Origin: a candidate division TM6 bacterium UASB124 | Lineage (GTDB): Bacteria; Babelota; Babeliae; Babelales; RVW-14 | DNA: 64,000 bases | NCBI GenBank assembly: GCA_945897315.1 | Contig: CAMDFF010000004.1 | Coordinates: 1,018-65,017, forward strand | Direction of reading: 5' to 3' | Part shown: piece by piece, positions 47,322 to 55,952 of the stretch | How positions within the stretch are numbered: position 1 is the first letter of the stretch | How the letters are laid out: each line of letters opens with the position of its first letter | Made by a program: the position numbers and the translations under genes | The notes under the pieces: generated by a model | Database searches by the model: none | Told to the model about the DNA's origin: nothing | Seen by the model: only the letters and a program-made list of their open reading frames with translations

Positions 47322-47354
47322 AAAAAAAATGGGGACGGCGCGAGCGCCATCCCC
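47322..47354 (-). terminator. Rho-independent terminator of fibre gene A (GGGGACGGCG hairpin family)
   Basis: The minus strand reads ggggatggcgc-tc-gcgccgtcccc followed by T8. Confidence 0.75.
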
Positions 47355-47383
47355 AGAATGTGTGGTGGTGTGAGAAGTCCTGC

Positions 47384-49741
47384 TTACTTATTATTCATCG
47401 CTTTGATTTGCTCGCGTAGTGCAGCAAGCTCTTGCTCAAGTGAGCCAACGCGTTTGTCTTGACGTTGATACTCATTCAAGAGTAAAGCAGGGAGCAAGTG
47501 GTAGCGAACGGTTTCAGCTTGATGCTCTTTGTTAACAATAACTAGATTTGGCATGATCTCTTGTACTTCTTCTGCAATCAAACCGTATTGCGTAACGTGT
47601 GAGTCATCGCCTTTATAAACAAAGCTTACGGGACGTAGCTTGAGCAGATCGGCAGATATGTTGCCAAGGTCTTTAATGTCGTCTTTGTAACGAGCAGATG
47701 ATGCAAGGGTGCCAAGGTTGCCGTTAGAGTCAATTAATACTGCTGAAGCAGTTTCAACATCGGATGTTGTTTTGTTGTAGATACCGGCAATATAACATGC
47801 TGCTTGTGAAGTACCAATACGCGTTGTGCTGCTTTCACTGCTGGTTGCTGCGTTGCTATTGATGTAAATATTGCTCGACCCTGAGGTAAGGGTACCACCG
47901 GCGCCATATCCAAGGCAAATGTTGCTGTTGCCTGATCTGAGCGATGGCCCTGCTTCTGCGCCAAGAATGACGTTGTTATCGCCAGAGGTAATTGCATCGC
48001 CAGCATTGAGTCCAACCAGTGTGTTATCATTTGCGCTGCCATTAAAATTGGCGCCTGCGCCTTTACCAAAGACAACGTTACTGTTGACATCAGCAGCGAG
48101 AACTCTTCCTGTAACTGAAACATCAGCAGAAAAATTTCCGCCACCAGGTACGAGTATGCGGCCTAAGGTAGAAGTACCAGTAACGTTGAGATCGCCATTG
48201 ATATATGCATCATCATTCATGGTTGTTACGCCAGCGATGTAGGCTGTACCTGCAATAGACAAGTTACCATCGAGTTCACCATAGGCATGGGTTGCAATAT
48301 CGGCATAAACATTGAGGTCAGATTCCATCGTTGTTTCACCAGAGATGAGCACAACGCCTGATGAGTGCAAGCTGCCAACATTGGTTGTGCCTGTGATGGT
48401 AGTATCGCCTGTAATGTTTGTGTCACCGTTAATATTTGCGTGGCCAGCAATTTGTGCGCCACCAGCTGTGACGGTGATGCCTGCTCCAAAGGTACTGCTG
48501 CCGGTAACGCAGAGGTTGCCACCAATATTTGTATCATTTATTACGGTAAGGCCTGTTCCTGCGCCAGAGAGTGTTGCGTCGCCAGAAATATTCATGACGC
48601 CTGATGAGTGCAAGCTGCCAACATTGGTTGTGCCTGTAATATTTGTATCGCCGGTAATATTTGCATGGCCAGCAATGTGTGCACCACCGGTAGTAATTGT
48701 GATGCCGTTACCAAATGTGGCAGATTGTGAAACGTCTAAGTTTCCTGTGATAGAAGCATTGTCATCGATGGTTGTGTACCCAGCGATGTAGGCTGTGCCA
48801 GCAATGGATAAGTTGCCATTGAGTTCGCCGTGAGCATAGGTAGCAATGTTGCCATACACATCAAGGTCGTTGTCCATGGTTGTTACGCCAGAAATAAGCA
48901 CAACGCCTGATGAGTGCAAGCTGCCAACATGGACGGTACCTGTGGTGCTAAAGTCACCAGTAACTGATGAATCACCAGTGATATGTGCCCCGCCGGTAGT
49001 CACCGTTAAGCCACCATCACCACCGATTAAAGCAGATCCTGTTGTGGTGAAATTTCCATTAAGTTGCTGGTTGCCATTGATTGTTGTATTGCCATTGATG
49101 GTTGTTTCGCCCGTGAGCGTAGGAGAGCCGAGTAGGTTTCCTGTAACGTTTCCGATGAGATCTGCTGTGATGATGTGTGCTGCAAAGTCGCCATTAAGGT
49201 CGCGTCTAACAATGAGCCCAGGAGAATTTGTTGGAACACCACTGATCGCAGTGAGTGCTGAAGCTGTAAGATTGCCAACACCAACGGTATTTGCGGCAAT
49301 TTTATCGCCAGTGACAGATCCTGCGGCGATTTTTACGTTAGTTACTGCTCCGTCTGCAAGGCGTATTGTATCGATTGCTTGAGCAATAACATTGTAACGA
49401 CGAATAGCATCAACGCCGATAAGTGTGTTGACGAGTGGAAGTAAGGTACGTGTTGTTTCGTCTACAGCATCAATAAATTCGCTTGCAGGGATATCACGAT
49501 GCTTATTATAAATGCGTTCGAGTACGTTTCTAAATGCTTCAGGCAAGGCGATGTTGTGGTTGTGAATAAGCTGTGCAACTTCAATGAGCGTTACAGCGTC
49601 AGCATCGCTGAGTCTATGCGTGTCTTCTGCCCGTTGTTCTCTAGCTTCAGGCGTAAGCTGTAGGGCTGTAGGTAGAACTTGATGCGCCGAAAGCGAGAGC
49701 ATCAACGTAAGTTTTAATAAGTGGTTTATACTCGTAGACAT
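47384..49741 (-). CDS. Secreted tail-fibre-like beta-helix repeat protein with C-terminal S74-type intramolecular chaperone (autoproteolytic) domain - fibre A
   Basis: The signal-like N-terminus is LLKLTLMLSLSAHQ. It has a fibre-type IADGAVTNVKIAAGSVTGDKIA..VRRDLNGDFAAHIITADLIGNVTGN, then G/T/N-rich repeats of about 100 aa. The C-terminal region reads SSARYKDDIKDLG..LRPVSFVYK..QYGLIAEEVQEIMPNLV..VRYHLLPALLLNE, followed by a terminal coiled coil. Confidence 0.8.
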   Translation of the reverse strand: MSTSINHLLKLTLMLSLSAHQVLPTALQLTPEAREQRAEDTHRLSDADAVTLIEVAQLIHNHNIALPEAFRNVLERIYNKHRDIPASEFIDAVDETTRTLLPLVNTLIGVDAIRRYNVIAQAIDTIRLADGAVTNVKIAAGSVTGDKIAANTVGVGNLTASALTAISGVPTNSPGLIVRRDLNGDFAAHIITADLIGNVTGNLLGSPTLTGETTINGNTTINGNQQLNGNFTTTGSALIGGDGGLTVTTGGAHITGDSSVTGDFSTTGTVHVGSLHSSGVVLISGVTTMDNDLDVYGNIATYAHGELNGNLSIAGTAYIAGYTTIDDNASITGNLDVSQSATFGNGITITTGGAHIAGHANITGDTNITGTTNVGSLHSSGVMNISGDATLSGAGTGLTVINDTNIGGNLCVTGSSTFGAGITVTAGGAQIAGHANINGDTNITGDTTITGTTNVGSLHSSGVVLISGETTMESDLNVYADIATHAYGELDGNLSIAGTAYIAGVTTMNDDAYINGDLNVTGTSTLGRILVPGGGNFSADVSVTGRVLAADVNSNVVFGKGAGANFNGSANDNTLVGLNAGDAITSGDNNVILGAEAGPSLRSGNSNICLGYGAGGTLTSGSSNIYINSNAATSSESSTTRIGTSQAACYIAGIYNKTTSDVETASAVLIDSNGNLGTLASSARYKDDIKDLGNISADLLKLRPVSFVYKGDDSHVTQYGLIAEEVQEIMPNLVIVNKEHQAETVRYHLLPALLLNEYQRQDKRVGSLEQELAALREQIKAMNNK

Positions 49742-49833
49742 TTTGTCTCCTTTTTATAACAACGATCGTTTTTGTTTATTGTGTGATAACGCGTCAATTT
49801 TAAAAATTTGCTTGGTAGAAATGCAAGTGCTGT

Positions 49834-49863
49834 AAAAAAAAACCGGGGATGGTAAGTCCCCGG
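49834..49863 (-). terminator. Rho-independent terminator of fibre gene B
   Basis: The minus strand reads ccgggga-cttacca-tccccgg followed by T9. Confidence 0.75.
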
Positions 49864-49878
49864 TAAGTAATCTATGAA

Positions 49879-51801
49879 TTAAGCGGTTGGCTCTGGTGCA
49901 ATACCCAAAGCAGCTTCGATTTTATCTAGTCGGCTTAGAATCGAATCAAATGTTGTTGCTTGTTGTTCGACCATACAAAGACGCTTCTCTTGGGCAAGAA
50001 CTTCATTGATGAGCAACGGTGTAAACAGCTCATAGCGAATTGCATCTGGTCTGTTTTCTTTGTCAAAAACAACAGTGTGAGGTAGAAGATCAGCTACTTC
50101 TTCAGCAACAAGGCCAAATTGTAAACGTTTTTGAGGATCTTGTTTGTACGTAAATGTAACAGGGCGTAACTGTTTAAATGCATCAGCTTGGCTGCCTACA
50201 TCTTTAATATCGTCTTTATAGCGACGGGATGATGCAAAACCACTGACGGTGCCTAATTCGCCTCCAGGAGTAATTGCGACGTTTGCGAAATCTATACCTA
50301 AAAAATGTCCAAAACCACCAATCATGTTTCCTGCAACTCCTGAAAAATTAACGCTACCAGGGACAGAAAGATTTGCGATATGCAAAGTGCCATCAACAGT
50401 TAGATCATTGCGAAATGTAGAATTACCGTAAATATCCGATGATCCAACGGGTAGATATAAATTACCTGTTGGTAGGGTTAGGTTGCCAGCAATGTAGCAT
50501 GCTGTGTGGGTACCCGTGGTGCCTAGGCGAGTTGTTTGTGATTCTTGGTGAGCGCCAACGTTGCCAATATAAATAGTATTGTTTTCGCTACCTGCCAGTG
50601 ACGATCCTGACTGGCACCCGAGGGCAATATTGCTTGCACCGGTGCGAAGATTTTGTAGCGCTCGTGACCCAACAGCTGTATTGTCATAACCCGTTGTTCT
50701 AATGAGCGCTTGGAATCCTACAGCGGCATTGTTGTTGCCAGTAAGATTGGCAGCAAGAGAGCCTTGGCCAATGGCGGTATTTTGTTGTCCTGCGGTGTTG
50801 CCACTGAGTGCAGTTGTGCCAATAGCTGTATTGTTTATCCCCGTGGTATTGCTGAACATCGATTTGTAACCAATAGCGGTATTATTGCTGCCTGAACTAT
50901 TGGAGTAAAGATTTTTAAACCCGATAGCAACGTTGCTGACCCCACTGTTGTTGTTGTACATTGCTGCGTAGCCAAGAGCCGTATTCTCATGGCCAGTATT
51001 GTTGTTGTACATTGTTGTGTAGCCGACAGCAGTATTATTGTTACCTGTCGAGGTGCTGGCCATTGCTTGTGAGCCAAAAGCGGTATTGCTGTCTCCAGCA
51101 TTGTTAGCAAGAGCACTGTGTCCCATCGCAGTATTGTCGTTGCCTGAGGTATTGTTTAAGAGTGCTTGGTATCCGGTAGCGCTGTTGCGATCGCCAGATG
51201 TATTGCTACTGAGTGCTTGTACGCCAGAAGCCGTATTTTCGTCTCCAATGGTATTGCTGTTGAGTGCCTGATAGCCAAGCCCCGTATTTGCTTTGCCAAT
51301 AGTAGTAGATTGCCCTGTGCTAGCGCCAATAAAGGTATTGTTTGCCGCGCTTGGCAGGAATGATTCAGCCGTATATTCATTGCCAAAAGCAGCATTGTTA
51401 TTATTGTCAACAAACTCATTTACCGTTAAGGAATACTTGAATTTTTGTTGGGCTGGTACATGGTACAAACTCAAAGCTTGCAGGGATTTGACAAGCGCAC
51501 TTTTTTGCTCGCTGTCTGGCAATGGTGCAATGATACCGTGCGCATCTTTAACGCCTGCTACTAAATCTTCTGCCCTGATTGTTCGGTGTTCAATAAGCGC
51601 TTCAAATATGTGTTTAAGAGGTGGTGGTAACTCCATCTGTTTGGCATCACAAATGTGTGCCACTGCCATGAGTGTTGCAATATCGGCATCGTCTAAAACA
51701 GCCGATGATTCATCACGTGTTTGCATTGCATCTGGTGTGGCACTTATGGGGACGCATGCAAAAAGCATGGTGACAAATAAATAATATAGTGTTGGAAACA
51801 T
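49879..51801 (-). CDS. Secreted tail-fibre-like repeat protein with C-terminal S74-type intramolecular chaperone domain - fibre B
   Basis: The signal-like N-terminus is LFVTMLFACVPISA. It has 17-aa NTAxGxxALxxNTxGxx repeats (51-bp DNA period). The C-terminal region reads SSRRYKDDIKDVGSQADAFKQLRPVTFTYKQDPQKRLQFGLVAEEVADLLPHTVV. AGGAG lies upstream. Confidence 0.8.
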   Translation of the reverse strand: MFPTLYYLFVTMLFACVPISATPDAMQTRDESSAVLDDADIATLMAVAHICDAKQMELPPPLKHIFEALIEHRTIRAEDLVAGVKDAHGIIAPLPDSEQKSALVKSLQALSLYHVPAQQKFKYSLTVNEFVDNNNNAAFGNEYTAESFLPSAANNTFIGASTGQSTTIGKANTGLGYQALNSNTIGDENTASGVQALSSNTSGDRNSATGYQALLNNTSGNDNTAMGHSALANNAGDSNTAFGSQAMASTSTGNNNTAVGYTTMYNNNTGHENTALGYAAMYNNNSGVSNVAIGFKNLYSNSSGSNNTAIGYKSMFSNTTGINNTAIGTTALSGNTAGQQNTAIGQGSLAANLTGNNNAAVGFQALIRTTGYDNTAVGSRALQNLRTGASNIALGCQSGSSLAGSENNTIYIGNVGAHQESQTTRLGTTGTHTACYIAGNLTLPTGNLYLPVGSSDIYGNSTFRNDLTVDGTLHIANLSVPGSVNFSGVAGNMIGGFGHFLGIDFANVAITPGGELGTVSGFASSRRYKDDIKDVGSQADAFKQLRPVTFTYKQDPQKRLQFGLVAEEVADLLPHTVVFDKENRPDAIRYELFTPLLINEVLAQEKRLCMVEQQATTFDSILSRLDKIEAALGIAPEPTA

Positions 51802-51848
51802 AACGCTCCTGGTTTTAGAAATTTAAACATGGTTTAAGCAGTGGCTCA

Positions 51849-51878
51849 ATTATAGAAAGGGGGGCTTGAGCAACACAA
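51849..51878 (-). promoter_or_regulatory. Putative sigma70-type promoter of fibre gene B (TTGTGT-N18-TATAAT)
   Basis: The minus strand reads ttgtgt-tgctcaagcccccctttc-tataat. The same architecture is conserved upstream of fibre gene C. Confidence 0.45.
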
Positions 51879-52066
51879 GATTTCATCAAAAGTAAAAAAT
51901 ATGACTTTCTTTGTGTACTTGGGAATGGTTATTTGCAGGGCGTATTGCATGAATATGGCTATGATATCGATCTGGTAAGTGAATGCCGCTAGCGGGCTGA
52001 GAATGGGTATTGTTGAAGAAGAGTGGGCACCCGTTGGTACCCCCTCGGTAAAAAAGCATATAAAAG

Positions 52067-55000
52067 TTATTTGCTTGCCAGCGCTTTAATATGTGCACGC
52101 ATATCAGCAAGCTCTTGTTGAAATGCATTCATACGACTGCTCATTGCTTCAAGAGTATCTGCTTTTGTTTCAACCATGCAAAGACGCTTCTCTTGGGCAA
52201 GTACTTCATTGATAAGCAAGGGTGTAAACAGCTCATAGCGAATTGCATCTGGTCTTTTTTCTTTGTCAAAAACAACGGTGTGAGGTAGAAGATCAGCTAC
52301 TTCTTCAGCAACAAGGCCAAATTGTAAACGTTTTTGAGGATCTTGTTTGTACGTAAATGTAACAGGGCGTAACTGTTTAAATGCGTCAGCTTGGCTGCCT
52401 ACATCTTTAATATCGTCTTTATAACGACGGGATGATGGTAGGAAGCCACTGACGGTGCCTAATTCGCCTCCAGGAGTAATTGCGACGTTTGCGAAATCTA
52501 TCCCTAAAACATGTCCAAAGTCACCAATTGTGTTCCCTGCAACTCCTGAAAAATTAACGCTACCAGGGACAGAAAGATTTGCGATATTCAAAGTTCCATC
52601 AACAGTTAGATCATTGCGAAATGTAGAATTACCGTAAATATCCGATGATCCAACGGGTAGATATAAATTACCTGTTGGTAGGGTGAGGTTGCCAGCAATG
52701 TAGCATGCTGTGTGGGTACCCGTGGTGCCTAGGCGAGTTGTCTTATTTTCGCCATGCGCACCTAAATTTCCAATGTAAATATTATTTGATTCGCTCTTTG
52801 CCAGTGATGTGCCGGCGTTGTAACCAAGTGCAATATTGTTTGACCCGCTGCCCAGGTTTTGTAGCGACTGTGAACCATGAGCGGTATTATATTCTCCCGT
52901 ATTGTGGTAAAGCGCGTTGTGTCCAACAGCAGTGTTTGCTCCGCCGGTATTATTATAAAGTGCGCTATCACCAACGGCAACGTTATTGGATCCGCTATTA
53001 TTTGAATATAATGCCTGGTAGCCGAGAGCGGTATTGGGTTTTCCTGAGGTATTATTGTATAGAGCTTGCGATCCTACGCCGGTATTATTGTCTGCAGTAT
53101 TGTTGTAGAGCGCTTCATATCCGACGCCAGTATTGTCTGATGCTGATGGATTGATGAAGAGGGCGTTAGTTCCAATAGCAACGTTTTGAGAAGCGCTGCC
53201 ACTTTCACCCTCTGCATTACTGTTATAAAGAGCATAGTTGCCAATTGCAATGTTGTCAGATCCTGCTGTGTTGGAGTAAAGGGCTTGATATCCCAGAGCA
53301 TTATTGTTGTAGCCGGTAGTGTTACTCATGAGCGCTTGGCTGCCAACAGCAGTGTTGTCATCTGATTCATTGACGAGGAGTGCATAAAATCCAAGAGCGG
53401 TATTGTTGCTGCCAGAGGCATTATCACGTAATGCTTGGTTGCCAAGCGCGGTGTTGTTTTCTCCTGTGGTATGATGCCCTGCCCAGAAGCCAATAGCAGT
53501 ATTAGCGGTACCGGTTTGGTTGGCTGAAAGAGCTTGGTACCCTACAGCAACGCCGCTACCAGCTGTTGTATTGCTGTAAAGGGTGCTTGAGCCAATCGCA
53601 ATGTTTTGTGATCCTGCTGGTCCACCTTCTGTGCGATTCTTTGATTTAGGGCTCATGAAGTAAGAGCTATTTGAATAGAGTGCACTATTTCCGATGGCAA
53701 TGTTGTCAGAGCCAGTGTCATTATTAAATAGAGCTTTGTAGCCAAGGGCATTATTTGCTGATCCAGTGGTATTTCCTTCTAGCGCTTGGTACCCAACAGC
53801 AACGTTAGGGCCGCCAGAGGTGTTATTATAGAGGGCATGGCTACCAATCGCCGTATTTTGCGAAATGGCATTGTTATAGAGCGCGTTGTCTCCAATAGCG
53901 ACGTTAAAATTACCAGGGTTTGTTCCGCCTGCAAGGGCATTGTCACCGATAGCTGTGTTGCTGGTGCCCATTGTTGCGCTGTTCATACTTGCAGTTCCAA
54001 CAGCAGTATTGTCTGAACAGTTACCTTCTTCATCTGCCCCGAGATTTTGAAGAGAATAATAACCGACGGCAACGTTGCCAGTAGCATCTGCATTTGTAAG
54101 TGCTTTATGGCCAAGGGCAATGTTTTGCTTGCCCGATCTGTTTATATTAAGGGTCTCTATGCCAATCGCAATGTTGTGTTCACCATCTGTTACATTGAGC
54201 AAGGCATTGTCGCCGATCGCAATATTTTCGCTGGTGGTGGCGCCTAATCCAATCGCGTTGTTTCCGATAGCAATATTTTTGCTGCCAAAGGTGTTTGCGT
54301 TAAGAGCTTGGTAGCCAACAGCAACGTTATGTTCACCGCTTGTGTTTTTTTGAAGAGCTCGTGCACCTGTTGCTGTATTGTATGGAGCTGTATTTGTTTC
54401 AAGCGCGCGGTAGCCAACAGCAGTATTTTCTGGCGAGCGGCGGTTGGTGCCAAGGGCATTGAATCCAACAGCAGTATTGTGCGTACCGGTTGAGTTGTAG
54501 CTGAGAGCAGCGGCACCAACGGCTGTGTTTTCATGGCTGGTAGTTCTGATGAGCGCTTGAAATCCGATTGCTGCGTTGTTACTGCCGGTAAGGTTAGCTG
54601 CAAGAGAACCTTGACCGATAGCAGTATTTTGTTTGCCTGAGGTGTTGCCACTTAAAGCAGTTGTGCCAATTGCAGTATTGTTGATACCGGAGGTGTTGCT
54701 GAACATCGATTTGTAACCAATAGCGGTATTATTACTGCCTGAACTATTGGAGTAAAGATTTTTATACCCGATAGCAACGTTGCTGGCCCCGCTGTCATTG
54801 CTGTACAGTGCAGCATAGCCAACGGCAGTGTTTTCATGGCCAGTATTGTTGTTGCACATCGTTGTGTAGCCGACAGCAGTATTATTGTTACCTGCCGAGG
54901 TACTGGCCATTGCTTGTGAGCCAAAAGCGGTATTGCTGTCTCCCGCATTGTTAGCAAGAGCACTGTGTCCCATGGCGGTATTGTCATTGCCAGAGATATT

Positions 55001-55687
55001 TGCAAACAGTGCTTGATACCCCACAGCACTGTTGCGATCACCAGATGTATTGCTGCAGAGGGCTTGTACGCCAAGAGCACTATTTTCATCGCCAATAGTA
55101 TTGTAAAAGCTGGCTTCGCTACCAAGAGCAACGTTGCGACCCCCAGTAGCGTTGTTATTTAGCGTGTGATAACCGACGGCAGTATTATCGTTTCCGATAG
55201 TGTCGTATTTACCAGCGCTAACGCCAATAAAAGTATTGTGTACAGCGCTTGGTAGTAGTGCTGCAGCGGTCGTCTCGTCACCAAAAACAGTATTGCCATT
55301 ATCGTCAACAAACGCTGTAAGAATAGGATCTCCTCCTCTGCTATCGACTAAATTTTTCGGTTTGCAGAGTTTGATCTGTTCTTCGAGAGATGTGATAAGT
55401 ATGTTTTTTTCTTGGCATTCAGGCAGCAGTGTAACGATTTTTTGTGCGTCCTTTAATCCATTTTCAAGGTCTTTGATTGCAATTGTTCGATGTTCAAAAA
55501 TATCGGCTAGAATGTTTTTTAGTCTGTCTGGTAAGTCAATGTTCTGAGTATCACAAATGTTTGCTACTGTCATAAGTGGTGCAATATCGATTGCGTCAGC
55601 AAGTAGCTCTTCCTGGTTTTTTACTTGTGCGTTGTGCGTTGATGCGATAAGCAGTGTAAACAATAAGTAAAATTGTATACGAGTCAT
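52067..55687 (-). CDS. Secreted tail-fibre-like repeat protein (about 50 x 17-aa units) with C-terminal S74-type intramolecular chaperone domain - fibre C
   Basis: The signal-like N-terminus is FYLLFTLLIASTHNA, followed by a very long array of NTAxGxxALxxNTxGxx units. Its C-terminal 190 or so aa are almost identical to fibre B, including SSRRYKDDIKDVGSQADAFKQLRPVTFTYK. Confidence 0.8.
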   Translation of the reverse strand: MTRIQFYLLFTLLIASTHNAQVKNQEELLADAIDIAPLMTVANICDTQNIDLPDRLKNILADIFEHRTIAIKDLENGLKDAQKIVTLLPECQEKNILITSLEEQIKLCKPKNLVDSRGGDPILTAFVDDNGNTVFGDETTAAALLPSAVHNTFIGVSAGKYDTIGNDNTAVGYHTLNNNATGGRNVALGSEASFYNTIGDENSALGVQALCSNTSGDRNSAVGYQALFANISGNDNTAMGHSALANNAGDSNTAFGSQAMASTSAGNNNTAVGYTTMCNNNTGHENTAVGYAALYSNDSGASNVAIGYKNLYSNSSGSNNTAIGYKSMFSNTSGINNTAIGTTALSGNTSGKQNTAIGQGSLAANLTGSNNAAIGFQALIRTTSHENTAVGAAALSYNSTGTHNTAVGFNALGTNRRSPENTAVGYRALETNTAPYNTATGARALQKNTSGEHNVAVGYQALNANTFGSKNIAIGNNAIGLGATTSENIAIGDNALLNVTDGEHNIAIGIETLNINRSGKQNIALGHKALTNADATGNVAVGYYSLQNLGADEEGNCSDNTAVGTASMNSATMGTSNTAIGDNALAGGTNPGNFNVAIGDNALYNNAISQNTAIGSHALYNNTSGGPNVAVGYQALEGNTTGSANNALGYKALFNNDTGSDNIAIGNSALYSNSSYFMSPKSKNRTEGGPAGSQNIAIGSSTLYSNTTAGSGVAVGYQALSANQTGTANTAIGFWAGHHTTGENNTALGNQALRDNASGSNNTALGFYALLVNESDDNTAVGSQALMSNTTGYNNNALGYQALYSNTAGSDNIAIGNYALYNSNAEGESGSASQNVAIGTNALFINPSASDNTGVGYEALYNNTADNNTGVGSQALYNNTSGKPNTALGYQALYSNNSGSNNVAVGDSALYNNTGGANTAVGHNALYHNTGEYNTAHGSQSLQNLGSGSNNIALGYNAGTSLAKSESNNIYIGNLGAHGENKTTRLGTTGTHTACYIAGNLTLPTGNLYLPVGSSDIYGNSTFRNDLTVDGTLNIANLSVPGSVNFSGVAGNTIGDFGHVLGIDFANVAITPGGELGTVSGFLPSSRRYKDDIKDVGSQADAFKQLRPVTFTYKQDPQKRLQFGLVAEEVADLLPHTVVFDKEKRPDAIRYELFTPLLINEVLAQEKRLCMVETKADTLEAMSSRMNAFQQELADMRAHIKALASK

Positions 55688-55737
55688 GTTATTCCCAATT
55701 TATTAGAAATGTATGGTTGATTTCATTCAGTGGGGTG

Positions 55738-55767
55738 ATTATAGAAAGTGGAGTTTGGGCAATACAA
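55738..55767 (-). promoter_or_regulatory. Putative sigma70-type promoter of fibre gene C (TTGTAT-N18-TATAAT)
   Basis: The minus strand reads ttgtat-tgcccaaactccactttc-tataat. It is homologous to the region upstream of fibre gene B. Confidence 0.45.
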
Positions 55768-55881
55768 GATTTTAGAAAACGAGCAAGAAATAATAATTTT
55801 ACGGCTATTTGACAACATCGATCTGTAGTGCTCATCTCATCAGGGCGGATGAATTCACGTGTGGAATGGAAGTGTTGGTAC

Positions 55882-55912
55882 AAAAAAATCCCCTGCAAAA
55901 TTTGCAGGGGAT
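55882..55912 (-). terminator. Rho-independent terminator of the RING/ankyrin gene
   Basis: The stem pairs atcccctgcaaa with tttgcaggggat. On the minus strand it is followed by T7. Confidence 0.75.
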
Positions 55913-55952
55913 TCAGGTAGAAAGTCGTTGTGATGTGAGATCGACTTATTTA

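Noticed and set aside
43398-55131. Numerous antisense or alternate-frame ORFs of 60-178 aa inside the coiled-coil and fibre genes (e.g. 43398..43895, 48312..48791, 48846..49382, 51293..51784, 52705..53154, 54652..55131)
   Set aside because: They are by-products of repetitive, stop-poor sequence opposite long genuine genes. Their translations are low-complexity, lack ribosome-binding sites and have no independent motifs.
47384-55687. Interpreting the fibre genes as a prophage remnant or tailocin cluster
   Set aside because: No terminase, capsid, tape-measure, sheath, baseplate, lysis or integrase gene occurs anywhere in the 64 kb. The proteins carry signal-like N-termini, and the flanks are housekeeping or effector-type genes. 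Phage genes beyond the window cannot be excluded.
49879-55687. Calling the NTAxG-repeat proteins trimeric autotransporter adhesins (YadA/Hep_Hag type)
   Set aside because: The repeats resemble adhesin head repeats, but there is no C-terminal YadA-type membrane anchor. The C-terminus is instead an S74 intramolecular-chaperone domain plus a coiled coil.
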